DNA from: an uncultured Methanosarcinaceae archaeon
Lineage (GTDB): Archaea > Halobacteriota > Methanosarcinia > Methanosarcinales > Methanosarcinaceae
Reading direction: 5' to 3'
Assembly: GCA_963727895.1 (NCBI GenBank)
Contig: CAVSHT010000011.1
Span: 160,001-224,000 of the forward strand
DNA length: 64,000 nucleotides
Shown: positions 48,979-59,451 of the stretch, piece by piece
How the letters are laid out: each line of letters starts with the position of its first letter
How positions within the stretch are numbered: position 1 is the first letter of the stretch
The notes under the pieces: model-generated
What the model saw: only the letters and a program-made list of their open reading frames with translations
Databases searched by the model: none
What the model was told of the DNA's origin: nothing
Program-made: the position numbers and the translations under genes

Positions 48979-50793
48979 TCATACCGCATCTTCAAGGTTA
49001 AGCCTGGGAGCAACTCCCAGAGATTTGATTTCGTCTAGCAGCAACTTGAATGCATAGCTCATTTCAACAGGATATATATCCGTATCAGCTCCACATGTTG
49101 AGCAGAAAGAGACGTTACGCTGCTTATCATACGTTGCAATCATTCCACAGTGAGAGCAGACAAGTTCTACAACCTTGTCAGACTCGTCAAGCAACCTTTC
49201 TTTTAATGACATGGCAGCGCCGTGCCCTACCAGCACATCACGTTCCATTTCTCCGAACCTGAGACCACCTTCTCTGGCTCGACCTTCTGTTGGCTGGCGG
49301 GTAAGCACCTGTACAGGTCCACGTGAACGTGCATGCATTTTTGAAGTAACCATGTGGTGTAGTTTCTGGTAGAGAATTACTCCAACAAAAACATCTGCAG
49401 GGATCATCTTGCCGGTTGCACCATCATAAAAAATCTCTTTTCCGGTATGTGCAAAACCATGTTTTTTCAGAGCGTCTCTGAGATCTTCTTCGTTTTCCCC
49501 TGAGAAAGCTGTTGCATTAATTCTTCGGCCTTCCATTGAACCTACTTTTCCACCAATCATTTCCAGAACGTGTCCCACAGTCATACGAGAAGGAATTGCA
49601 TGCGGGTTAATCATAAGGTCTGGAGTTAAGCCAGATTCCGTAAACGGCATATCTGCAATCGGAACTTTCAGACCGATAACTCCTTTCTGCCCGTGCCTTG
49701 AAGCGAACTTGTCTCCAATATCAGGAATTCGTTCATCTCTGACCTTTACCTTGGAAAGCCTGGTTCCGTTAATGGATTCGGTCAGGATAACCGTATCAAC
49801 AATTCCAGTTTCATTTGACCGCATGGTAATCGAGCTTTCTCTTCTCTGCTCTACTGCAATCCCGAAGTCCGATGGTTCTTCAAGGAACCTTGGAGGACTG
49901 GTTTTTCCGATAAGCACGTCATTAGGGCCAACAGGAGTCTCAGGATTTACAAGTCCATCAGTATCCAGGTTCGCATATGCTTCTGCACTTCTAGATCCAC
50001 GGTACTCTGAATCCGGAATTTCGAATTTGTCTTCCTGCCCACCAGGATATCTTCTTTCTTCTCCTTCAAAAGTTCTGAGGAAGTGACTTCTTCCAAGACC
50101 CCTATCAATTGAGCCTTTATTGAAAATCAGAGCGTCTTCAATGTTATATCCTTCATAAGACAGAATTGCGACCACGAAGTTCTGACCTGCAGGTCTGTCA
50201 TCAAAACCTATTGCTTCACAGGTTCTGGTTCTGGTCATTGCCCTCTGAGGATAGTGAAGAACATGGGCACGAGTATCAGGTCTGAGTTTCTGGTTTGCCG
50301 TAGAGACTCCAATACACTGTTTAATCATAGCTGCACCCATGGTATTACGCGGAGATGCATTATGTTCAGGATAAGGAACCATCCCCGTACAAATTCCAAG
50401 CATAAGTTCTGGATCAATTTCCATGTGAGTATGCCTTGGAGTTAGGTCAGCCTCGTAAAGAGCAATGTATGCATTTTCTTCTTCTTCAGCATCAAGATAC
50501 TCTACACAGCCTTCTTTTACCAGGTCGTCAAAACTGATTTCTTTGTTTTTCAGTTTCTGTACGTGTTCTTCGGTTACCAAAGGAGCCCCATTTTCTACAA
50601 CTAAAAGGGGCCTTCTTGCTCTGCCCATATCGGAGCTTATAATTACTTCCCTTGTACTGTTGTTAAGGGATACATTGACTTGTCTGGATATGAAACCCTG
50701 ACGTCTCATATTTCTAAGCTCATCTACAAGCTCCAAAGGGTTATCATGGGTTCCAACAAGTTCCCCATTTATGAATACTTTTGCTTTAGTCAT
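48979..50793 (-). CDS. rpoB1: RNA polymerase subunit B'
   Basis: [33 protein letters not shown]. Confidence 0.98.
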   Translation of the reverse strand: MTKAKVFINGELVGTHDNPLELVDELRNMRRQGFISRQVNVSLNNSTREVIISSDMGRARRPLLVVENGAPLVTEEHVQKLKNKEISFDDLVKEGCVEYLDAEEEENAYIALYEADLTPRHTHMEIDPELMLGICTGMVPYPEHNASPRNTMGAAMIKQCIGVSTANQKLRPDTRAHVLHYPQRAMTRTRTCEAIGFDDRPAGQNFVVAILSYEGYNIEDALIFNKGSIDRGLGRSHFLRTFEGEERRYPGGQEDKFEIPDSEYRGSRSAEAYANLDTDGLVNPETPVGPNDVLIGKTSPPRFLEEPSDFGIAVEQRRESSITMRSNETGIVDTVILTESINGTRLSKVKVRDERIPDIGDKFASRHGQKGVIGLKVPIADMPFTESGLTPDLMINPHAIPSRMTVGHVLEMIGGKVGSMEGRRINATAFSGENEEDLRDALKKHGFAHTGKEIFYDGATGKMIPADVFVGVILYQKLHHMVTSKMHARSRGPVQVLTRQPTEGRAREGGLRFGEMERDVLVGHGAAMSLKERLLDESDKVVELVCSHCGMIATYDKQRNVSFCSTCGADTDIYPVEMSYAFKLLLDEIKSLGVAPRLNLEDAV

Positions 50794-50807
50794 CTGGCAT
50801 CGACCCC

Positions 50808-52454
50808 TTACTCATCAAACATTGATCCGCCATCATCCGTATCTGAGTAATCGTAAAAATCATTATCTTTGAATTTGCTTTCGGTTTCAGAAGACTCTTC
50901 TATTTCTTCCACAATCTCTTCTCCAAACTCATCAAGTAAGGTTTCTTTCATCTTAGCTGGGAGTTCCGGAACCTTTACAACCACACGCTCAACGTTCAGA
51001 TCATAGAGAATTTTCTTTATTCCTTCTGTTTCTTCAATACCTGTGGAAAGTTCAACCATCTCTGCAAAATTTTTCACCAGACCACAGTTCGGACCTTCAG
51101 GAGTTTCCGAAGGGCAGAGCCTTCCCCACTGAGTGGCATGCAGGTCTCTAGCTTCAAAATGAGGTTGAGCACGGGAAAGAGGAGAAATAACACGGCGCAG
51201 ATGAGAAAGAGTCGAAATATAGTCATTTCTATCAAGGAGTTGGGAGACACCTGTTCTTCCTCCGACCCAGTTTCCTGTTGCCAGGGGGTGTTGCAGACGG
51301 TCAGTCAAGACATCTGCCCTGACAATTGTGGCAACGTTCAGTTCCCTATTTCTCATATTTGCGCGTTCAAGCTGGTATTTTATGTCTCTTGCAAGCCTGT
51401 TGAAAGATACTCTAAAAAGGTCTTCCATCAGGTCTCCTGCGAGTTTCAGCCTTTTGTTTGCATAGTGGTCTTTATCATCTTCTGAACGCTTAAAAAGAGC
51501 CAGCTCAAAACAGGACTCCGCCATTCTTGCCAGGAAATGAGCTTTTGCGACCCTGTCTTTCATATCGTTTCCAAGATGCGGGAAAAGATACCTGTCAATA
51601 ACGTAGTTTGCCCTTTTTATCTGGTATTCCTTGGCTTGCCCAGCGGCGACCCTAGCCCCAATTTTTTCGATTGCTTCTTCCTGGGTTTCAACTTCGGCTT
51701 CTTCGAGATTTTCCAGCATGAATTTGATAATTTCGGGATCACTTGAAACTGCATTTACAATATCTTCATCAGTTACAATCCCAAGAGCTCTCATGAGAGT
51801 AATAAAGAAGACTCTGCCTGAAATCGAAGGGAAAGAAACCTCAAGCAAGGATTTTCGTCCTCTTTCTACAATTACGAGTGCCCTATATCCACGTTTCTGG
51901 GAGAATACTTTTGCAACTTCTATAGTATCGCCATATCTCTCGCCATATTCCACAAGAATTTTGTTGGGGGCAAGGTCTTCAAGAGTCATAACCACTCTTT
52001 CGGTACCGCCGATAATGAAATATCCCCCCGGATCAAGGGGGTCTTCTCCATAGCGGACTTTTTCAGTCTCGCTAAGCCCGAGAAGATTACAGATCTTGGA
52101 TTTGATCATGACAGGAAGCTGTCCTATTTTTGCTTCCATAACTTCAGACTCAATCCCCTCTTTTACTACGCTCATTTCAAGGTAGAGAGGACCTGAGTAT
52201 GAAAGGTTCCTGAGTCTTGCTTCGTTTGGATAAAGTTTTTCTATTGCCCCATCTGCTTCTTTTACCACAGGATGTTCTACCCGTATCTTTCCAAGTTTAA
52301 GGTAGGTATCCTCGATATCGGTTTCTATTATTCGCTGTTCATCTATGATTTTTTGCAGCCCGTAATCTATAAACTTGTTAAATGAGTCTATATGGTGCTG
52401 CACTATCTTGTCCTGTGTAAAATAAGCCTGCGACAGTATACTTGTTTCTAACGT
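50808..52454 (-). CDS. rpoB2: RNA polymerase subunit B'' (start uncertain, near 52454)
   Basis: [42 protein letters not shown]. Confidence 0.95.
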   Translation of the reverse strand, partial: TLETSILSQAYFTQDKIVQHHIDSFNKFIDYGLQKIIDEQRIIETDIEDTYLKLGKIRVEHPVVKEADGAIEKLYPNEARLRNLSYSGPLYLEMSVVKEGIESEVMEAKIGQLPVMIKSKICNLLGLSETEKVRYGEDPLDPGGYFIIGGTERVVMTLEDLAPNKILVEYGERYGDTIEVAKVFSQKRGYRALVIVERGRKSLLEVSFPSISGRVFFITLMRALGIVTDEDIVNAVSSDPEIIKFMLENLEEAEVETQEEAIEKIGARVAAGQAKEYQIKRANYVIDRYLFPHLGNDMKDRVAKAHFLARMAESCFELALFKRSEDDKDHYANKRLKLAGDLMEDLFRVSFNRLARDIKYQLERANMRNRELNVATIVRADVLTDRLQHPLATGNWVGGRTGVSQLLDRNDYISTLSHLRRVISPLSRAQPHFEARDLHATQWGRLCPSETPEGPNCGLVKNFAEMVELSTGIEETEGIKKILYDLNVERVVVKVPELPAKMKETLLDEFGEEIVEEIEESSETESKFKDNDFYDYSDTDDGGSMFDE

Positions 52455-52615
52455 GATGATAGCACCCTCTTTGCTTATTAAAATGAAAATAAAGAATATG
52501 AGTGAGCTTTGAATCGGCATGTAGTTATTGAATTTTTCCGTACGGTGGTGCATGGAATTCAAAAAGACATTTCCTGAAGAAAACATGATAATGCAAGCGA
52601 TTTACTCCCCTTCGC

Positions 52616-52852
52616 TTACTCTATCACAAGTCTGTAATACTCTGCATCCCCTGCAGTTTGACTCTTTCTTGTGATTTTCACTACATCTCCGACAACAGCC
52701 CCTATCTCTTTACTAACAGGATCCTGCACTTTGAGCTTAGGAAGTTGTTCCTTTTCAATAGAATATTTGCTTAAAACAGACTTTAACTCGCCCTCATACA
52801 TAATTTCATGTTTAGGGACCGACTCATGGTCGAGCAGGCTGAATTTTGTCAA
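52616..52852 (-). CDS. rpoH: RNA polymerase subunit H
   Basis: HESVPKHEI...QLPKL..QDPV...GDVVKITRKS.TAG...YYRLV. Confidence 0.96.
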   Translation of the reverse strand: MTKFSLLDHESVPKHEIMYEGELKSVLSKYSIEKEQLPKLKVQDPVSKEIGAVVGDVVKITRKSQTAGDAEYYRLVIE

Positions 52853-52936
52853 ATCCTTTCCTCCAAAAATAAAGTATTCAAAAAACTTGGTCAAATTTCC
52901 CGCGAATGGCCTTTCCGCCGGGTATAATAAAGAATA

Positions 52937-53013
52937 TGGCGGGCCCGTAGGGATTTGAACCCTAGGCCGACTGGTTAAAAGCCAGTCGCTCTGCCTGACT
53001 GAGCTACGGGCCC
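52937..53013 (-). tRNA. tRNA-Lys(TTT), CCA encoded
   Basis: GGGCCCGTAGCTCAGTCAGGCAGAGCGACTGGCTTTTAACCAGTCGGCCTAGGGTTCAAATCCCTACGGGCCCGCCA folds as a cloverleaf with anticodon TTT. Confidence 0.97.
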
Positions 53014-53504
53014 ATATTACTTATTCACTTATTTCATCCTGGAGTATTTCATACCACTCTGCAGCCCCGCTGCCTCAGAGGGCACCTCCTACACCAGTGC
53101 AACCCTCTAATTCTGGGTATTCTATAAATAGTTTATGGTCAACGGGGGTTGTCTTTCGTTATTATTTTAAAAATACAGTAATTTTATTATATATGTGAAG
53201 GATTTTTTCAGAAATATTCCAGATTTTGCTGGAAAGCTATATTTACGAGAATTTTCACTTTTTAAACTGTAAAGCTAAGAATTAATATGTTCCTCCATAA
53301 TTCTGGCTTCTGGTAAATAGAGAATGTCGCCCCGATATTAAATAACGTCCCAATTTCCTTCAATCCTCCTTTCCAAAAGATATTAACTAAAATTGTTTAA
53401 TTGCCTACTTGACAAGAATAATAAAGTTAAAAACCATATGGAAACTTAAATTTCGTGTGGAAGTCGTTATTAAATCACTATTATTTTTTTCATTACTGTA
53501 AGTT

Positions 53505-55625
53505 TTAACAAATCTTCTTATAATCTTCTGTTACTGTAAACTTAATGACAAACTCAGTCCCGCACGCCCGATTCAACTCAAATTCACCGTCTAACTGTTC
53601 TATCAGAATAGTTACCAATTGCATTCCAAGCGTATCAGAATCTTCCAAACTAATACTTTCAGGTATACCAATTCCATTATCCGAAACAGTCAGGATATAG
53701 TCTATACTTTTGCATTCTTTGTTTTTGATTTCGAATTTGCCGTTTTCACTTTCTAAGTTGAAGTTTTCATTGAAGTTTTCACTTTCTAAATTACAGTTTT
53801 CAGAAATTTCATTCGTGTCTTTAGATAGCGTAATCTGAATTTTTCCATTTTTTCCATCAGAAAATGCATGCTTAAGAGAATTTGAAACAAGCTCGTTAAC
53901 AATCATGCCTAATGGGACTGCAGTATCCATATCAAAAAAAATATTTTCCTCGATTTCTAGAAGCATATCAATTTCTGAAACGCCAACGTTGTAACACTTA
54001 AACAGTTCCTCTGTCAGCTTGCTCAAATACACCGCAAAATTAAGAGTATTGACATCTTTTGATCCATATAGTTCTTCATGTATAAGAGCCATAGAAATAA
54101 CCCTATTCTGGCTGTCTCTAAAAGCTGCAAGAATCTTTGAAGTGTCGCAGACCTCGTCTTGAGTGAACTTTTCCGCCTGTAAATCGAGAAGAGAAGAAAT
54201 TACCTGCAAATTATTTTTAATTCTGTGATGGATTTCTTTTTTACGAGCTTCTTCTATTTTTTTCCGGAAACTTTCAGCTTCTTTCCTCTCTGTGATGTCC
54301 TTCATTATCCCAAGAACTTTATTTGTAAGATAATTTCCCTTTTGAAGATAGACTCCGTGATCTTCAATATGAATGTATTTCCCATCTCTCTTTCTAAAAC
54401 AATATTCCAGCTTGAAGTTTCTCTTATTTTCAGAACATTTTACATTCTGATCGCAGTTTTTTATCTTTTGATCCCATAAATTTTTCTGGTCTTCAGGATG
54501 GACATTGTTTATCCAGAGATTAAGTCCAGCGTTCTGTAATTCTTCATGAGTATATCCTGTAACCTTTTCTATGGCTCCTGCCCAGTAAATTTTATTTTCT
54601 TCAGGATCATACTCGTACACAATCTGACCAGTCTGTTCTGTTACAATCCGATACCTTTCCTCACTTTTCTGAAGCTTTTCTTCAGCTTTTTTACTTTCTG
54701 TTATATCTCTGGCAATAACCGAAATAGCCATAAGCTCTCCAGACATATCAAAAACCGGAGAGGCTCCTGCCCAGTAAATTTTATTTTCTTCAGGATCATA
54801 CTCGTACACAATCTGACCAGTCTGTTCTGTTACAATCCGATACCTTTCCTCACTTTTCTGAAGCTTTTCTTCAGCTTTTTTACTTTCTGTTATATCTCTG
54901 GCAATAACCGAAATAGCCATAAGCTCTCCAGACATATCAAAAACCGGAGAAAAAGTTATTGAGACATCGATAATCTTACCGTCTTTTCTTAACCTTGAAG
55001 TCTTATACTGGTGAATTTTTTCGCCCTGTTTTACCATCTCAGTTAGATTCTGTGTTTCATTTTCCAGTGTACATGGTATTAAGATTGCTGCAGACTTCCC
55101 TAAAATTTCTTCAGCTGAATACCCATAGATATGCTCTGCCCCCAAATTCCAGCTGGTAATGAAACCGTCAAGAGAACGTGTCACAATAGCATCATTTGAC
55201 GATTCCACTATATTAGCTAAGTTCTGAGCTCTCTCTTCTGTTTTTTTACGCTCAATAGAATACTGGATAGAACGTCTTAATAACCTGCCATCTACTTGCC
55301 CTTTAACAATATAGTCCTGAGCGCCTTTCTTTACAGCATCGATCCCTATTTTCTCATTACTCATCCCAGTCAGAATTATAATGGGAATTCGTGAGTTCCT
55401 TGCATGAATTTCAAGAAAAGTATCAATACCATCGCTATCTGGCAACCCTAAATCAGATAATATTATATCAAACGGATTCTCTCGGAGAAGAATCAGACCT
55501 TCATTCAAAGTCTCAACAACTTTAAGCTCATATTGAAAATCGGCAAACTCTTCGAGCATTTCTTCAATTAAGCATGCGTCTCCTAGATTATCCTCAAAAA
55601 GTAAAATTTCAATTTTGTTCTCCAT
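53505..55625 (-). CDS. REC-PAS-PAS-HisKA_2/HATPase sensor histidine kinase
   Basis: N-terminal receiver (DLGLPD), PAS repeats, EIHHRIKNNLQ H-box, NELVSN, DNGIG. Confidence 0.94.
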   Translation of the reverse strand: MENKIEILLFEDNLGDACLIEEMLEEFADFQYELKVVETLNEGLILLRENPFDIILSDLGLPDSDGIDTFLEIHARNSRIPIIILTGMSNEKIGIDAVKKGAQDYIVKGQVDGRLLRRSIQYSIERKKTEERAQNLANIVESSNDAIVTRSLDGFITSWNLGAEHIYGYSAEEILGKSAAILIPCTLENETQNLTEMVKQGEKIHQYKTSRLRKDGKIIDVSITFSPVFDMSGELMAISVIARDITESKKAEEKLQKSEERYRIVTEQTGQIVYEYDPEENKIYWAGASPVFDMSGELMAISVIARDITESKKAEEKLQKSEERYRIVTEQTGQIVYEYDPEENKIYWAGAIEKVTGYTHEELQNAGLNLWINNVHPEDQKNLWDQKIKNCDQNVKCSENKRNFKLEYCFRKRDGKYIHIEDHGVYLQKGNYLTNKVLGIMKDITERKEAESFRKKIEEARKKEIHHRIKNNLQVISSLLDLQAEKFTQDEVCDTSKILAAFRDSQNRVISMALIHEELYGSKDVNTLNFAVYLSKLTEELFKCYNVGVSEIDMLLEIEENIFFDMDTAVPLGMIVNELVSNSLKHAFSDGKNGKIQITLSKDTNEISENCNLESENFNENFNLESENGKFEIKNKECKSIDYILTVSDNGIGIPESISLEDSDTLGMQLVTILIEQLDGEFELNRACGTEFVIKFTVTEDYKKIC
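54573..54950. repeat. Exact in-frame 189-bp tandem duplication inside the kinase
   Basis: 54573-54761 matches 54762-54950; SPVFDMSGEL...KIYWAGA (63 aa) appears twice. Confidence 0.95.
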
Positions 55626-55656
55626 ATCCAGACCGTCCTATCCGATAATTCTGGCC

Positions 55657-56103
55657 TTACCTCGATGGCAACTTTACAATTTCAAGCCAGAAATTTTCGA
55701 TGGACTTAACCACGTTTAGAAACTGATCAAAGTCAACAGGCTTAGTAATATATGCATTGGCATGAAGATTGTAAGATCGCATTATGTCATCTTCAGCTCT
55801 GGAAGTCGTTAAAACCACAACTGGTATATTCTTAAGTTCATCATCTCCTTTAACTTCCTCGAGAACTTCACGTCCGTCTTTTTTTGGTAAATTTAAATCA
55901 AGAAGTATGATGTCTGGTCGTGGAGCCCCTGAAAACTGATCTTTAGCGCGTAAAAAAGAGATTGCTTCTTCTCCATCTTCTGCAATATGAAGAATATTAA
56001 CACTTTTTGCGTCCTCAAAAATTTCTTCAATTAATCCTATGTCTCCTTTGCTGTCCTCTACTAAGAGAATGTCTATAGGTTTAGATGTGATGTGGGTTTC
56101 CAT
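55657..56103 (-). CDS. Stand-alone response regulator (Rcp1-like)
   Basis: ILLVED, LLDLNLPKKDG, VLTTS, ANAYITKP, FWL. Confidence 0.95.
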   Translation of the reverse strand: METHITSKPIDILLVEDSKGDIGLIEEIFEDAKSVNILHIAEDGEEAISFLRAKDQFSGAPRPDIILLDLNLPKKDGREVLEEVKGDDELKNIPVVVLTTSRAEDDIMRSYNLHANAYITKPVDFDQFLNVVKSIENFWLEIVKLPSR

Positions 56104-56227
56104 TTATATGACCTTCCTGGGTTGTAAGTCAAGACGGGGTTAGAATTAAAATAAAATATTGAAATTTCCGAAATCGATTATTGAACATGAACCAAATTCT
56201 GGAAAATCAAATTTATGCGACAAAATA

Positions 56228-59128
56228 TCATTCATGAAATTTTTGGATTATTGGCAAAGTGAAATAAAAGGTTGAACCAATTTCAGGTTCAGATTCTACC
56301 CAAATATGTCCTCCATGTCTTTCAATAATTTTCTTACATATTGAAAGCCCTATACCTGTTCCTGGGTATTCATCCCTTTTATTGAGTCTTTTAAAAACCT
56401 CAAAGATTCTCTCAGAGAATTTTGGATCTATTCCAATTCCGTTATCCTGTACTGAAAAGAGCCATTGATTGTTTTTTTTCTTTGCAGAGATTTTAATTTT
56501 GGGGGTATTCTCGCTGCGAAATTTTATTGCATTGCTGATAAGGTTCTGGAATACTTGAGCAAGTTGACTAGAATCCGCCATTACTACAGGTAAAGAATCA
56601 TAAGATACATCAGCTTCGTTTTCTTTTATAGAAACCTCCAGATCAAACACTACCTGTTTCAAAATAGAGTTGCAATTTGTAGGTTCAAATTCTCTGGCTT
56701 TTGTAGTAACTCTGGAGAATTCCAGAAGGTCATTAATCAGGTTTTGCATACGGGAAGCCCCGTCTACAGCAAAATAGATGTATTTGTCAGCCTTATCGTC
56801 AAGCTTTCCCTGATATTTTCTTTGTAAAAGTTGTAAATAACTCGCTATCATTCTTAAAGGTTCTTGTAAATCGTGGGATGATACGTAAGCAAACTGTTCT
56901 AATTCAGCATTTGAGCGAGCAAGTTCTTTTAATTTTAATTTTAACATTGATTCTGCATTTTTTAGTTCAGTAATGTCACGTGCAGCTGCAAAAACTCCAA
57001 TAACTTCCCCATCTTCGTTTCTGTAAACCGATGCGTTATATAAAACCGGTGTCACATATCCGTCTTTGTGCTGAATTTCAAGCTCATAGTCCAGCACCAA
57101 TCCTTCCCTGAAAACCTGCTGGTAACTTTCCCTAGCTTTGTCAGGCTCAGTGAAATAATCTGAAAAATCAGTTCCTATTAATTCACATCTGGAAAAACCG
57201 GTAACCAGTTCCGTAGCTTTATTCACATCAGTAATTTTACCATCAGGACCAATAGTTACAAGGGGATCTATGCTTGCCTCAATAAGACTGCGATTGTATT
57301 CATTAGCTAGCTTTAACGCCTTTTCAGTCTTTTTATGTTCAGTAATATCCTGAACTGTCCCTCTCATCCGGACAGGAATATTTTTTTCATTAAAAATAAC
57401 CTCGGCCTGTTCGTGTACCACACGTTCTTCTCCACTGACTAAGATTATCCGGTGATTGATGTTGTAGTTTTTTCCGTTTAAAGCTTCTTTAACAGCCCTG
57501 TTTACATAATCTCGGTCTTCTTGATGTACATATTTAAGAAATTCATCATAAGTTGTCCAGACTTCTTGAGGGCTACATCCGAAGATGCGATATACTTCAT
57601 CGGACCAGTATAACTCATTAGTTACAATATTCCAGTCCCAGTTTCCAAGATGCGCCATTTTCTGTGCTTCAGAAAGACTTCTTTCACTTTCCTTCAAAGA
57701 ATAATAGGCTTTTTCAACTTCTGATGTCCTTTCTTCAACTAACGTTTCTAAATTATCAAGTGTCTCTTTTAACCTGAATTCAGCTTTTTTTATATCTTTA
57801 ATATCACGGGAAACAGCAAGGACAGATGTTACTTTTCCATTAACAGACTCAGGTACTATTCTTGTATTAAAATAGTATTCTTTTCCTTGAGGCGATATAT
57901 ACTGGAATTCCATTGTTCTGGGTTCTCCAGTAGCAAATACGCTCTGATAATTTTGTTCCCATAATTTTATTTGTTCAGGACCTTTGCCAAGTTCTTGATT
58001 GTTTTTCCCAATAATTTCGTTCTGAGAATAACCATATACTTCAGCAGCAGCAGGATTGACATAAATGTGGCGATTTTGCCTATCAAAACGTGCTATTACG
58101 TCAGGAGAATTTTCAGCCAGCGCACGGAATTCAGTTTCACTTCTTAACAGAGCTTCTTCAGCGTTTTTACGTTCATTGATGTCATGGGCAACATGAACGC
58201 TTCCAATAATATTTCCTTCAGAGTCATAAAGCGGCGAGACACTCACTATGAAATAACCACCAAGGCAATCCTCACAAATCTCAACAGTATGTTCAAGTCC
58301 GTCGTCAAGCAGTCGCCTGTGAGGACAAAAATAAGGAGGCTCATCTATTCCATGCATAACCCGATAACAATTTAAGCCGTTACACTTTTCTGGAGATAAA
58401 CCCAATCTTGCCGCCATAGCTCGATTTGCACGGACAATCCGGTATTCTTTGTCAAGGATAGCTATCAGGTCCGGAATACTATCAAAGGTAGATTTCCAAT
58501 ACTGTGTGGATTGAAAAACACTCTCTTTTTCCCTTTTACGCCTGAAACTCTCAATTTGCGTCCATTTCTCTTCTTTTTTAATCAGGGAAAACTGATGGTT
58601 AATGACTACATCGGCAATCTCGGTTGCACTGCACTTATCAAGGAAATAGGTACACAGAGCTATCATGGAGTAATTGCCAATGATACTGTCAATTTCCCCT
58701 TCATAATTAACAAAACTATTCCAGTCTTTTTTTTCCAGCCAAAGAATGTTTCCACTCAACCTCAAACCATCGTAACCATCAGCCAGAGCTCTATTGAGTT
58801 TTTCAATCCAGCCGTTAATCACTTTTTGCGAATCGAAAATTCCCTCTTTGAAATACCAGTGAGTGAAAGGAAGAATCTCAATTTGTTCTTTTTCCAGGTA
58901 AACATCAATTTCTGGAACAGCTTCTCTAAGAGCTTTTTTTGCATCTTCTATTTCCAGGGGTTCTGATGTGATCCACATACAAAATTCGTTATTTTCCAGC
59001 CCTGCTTTGAAGTAGGGAACCAGTATGTCAATCAAATCCTGTTTTGTCTGGTAAAATTGACAGAAGTGCGTTCCCCAGGGCACCTCACCAATAATGTCAA
59101 TTCCAGATTTTCTTAAACTTTTTTTCAT
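56228..59128 (-). CDS. MEDS + multi-PAS + HisKA/HATPase sensor kinase
   Basis: SGIDIIGEVPWGTHFCQFY (MEDS), four PAS-like repeats, SHDLQEPLR, NLISNAIKF, GTGIGL. Confidence 0.95.
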   Translation of the reverse strand: MKKSLRKSGIDIIGEVPWGTHFCQFYQTKQDLIDILVPYFKAGLENNEFCMWITSEPLEIEDAKKALREAVPEIDVYLEKEQIEILPFTHWYFKEGIFDSQKVINGWIEKLNRALADGYDGLRLSGNILWLEKKDWNSFVNYEGEIDSIIGNYSMIALCTYFLDKCSATEIADVVINHQFSLIKKEEKWTQIESFRRKREKESVFQSTQYWKSTFDSIPDLIAILDKEYRIVRANRAMAARLGLSPEKCNGLNCYRVMHGIDEPPYFCPHRRLLDDGLEHTVEICEDCLGGYFIVSVSPLYDSEGNIIGSVHVAHDINERKNAEEALLRSETEFRALAENSPDVIARFDRQNRHIYVNPAAAEVYGYSQNEIIGKNNQELGKGPEQIKLWEQNYQSVFATGEPRTMEFQYISPQGKEYYFNTRIVPESVNGKVTSVLAVSRDIKDIKKAEFRLKETLDNLETLVEERTSEVEKAYYSLKESERSLSEAQKMAHLGNWDWNIVTNELYWSDEVYRIFGCSPQEVWTTYDEFLKYVHQEDRDYVNRAVKEALNGKNYNINHRIILVSGEERVVHEQAEVIFNEKNIPVRMRGTVQDITEHKKTEKALKLANEYNRSLIEASIDPLVTIGPDGKITDVNKATELVTGFSRCELIGTDFSDYFTEPDKARESYQQVFREGLVLDYELEIQHKDGYVTPVLYNASVYRNEDGEVIGVFAAARDITELKNAESMLKLKLKELARSNAELEQFAYVSSHDLQEPLRMIASYLQLLQRKYQGKLDDKADKYIYFAVDGASRMQNLINDLLEFSRVTTKAREFEPTNCNSILKQVVFDLEVSIKENEADVSYDSLPVVMADSSQLAQVFQNLISNAIKFRSENTPKIKISAKKKNNQWLFSVQDNGIGIDPKFSERIFEVFKRLNKRDEYPGTGIGLSICKKIIERHGGHIWVESEPEIGSTFYFTLPIIQKFHE

Positions 59129-59451
59129 TACAACCCTTTCCAAATGCAATTCTAGTTTAAAAATTAATGTTGATAAGCTGTGAATTAATATAAATTTAAA
59201 ACTGTTTTGTAAAATAATAAATATACTATTTATTGAAATATTTTTGTAAAATCAATTATTTATTATTCGTGCTCTTTGATTTTTTTGAGTTATAAGATTG
59301 CCTATAATAAAAATAAAACATTTGAATATGGAATAGAAAATTAGTAAAAAGAGTTACTTTGTACATTAGAGAGATACAATAAATATTAGGAAGTACAAAA
59401 AATATTATAAGACATAGAAGTGTTTTTACTTTTCAAAAAGAAAAATAAAGC

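Noticed and set aside
52937..53013. tRNA-Lys as an integration site
   Set aside because: No duplicated tRNA 3' end or integrase was seen in the window.
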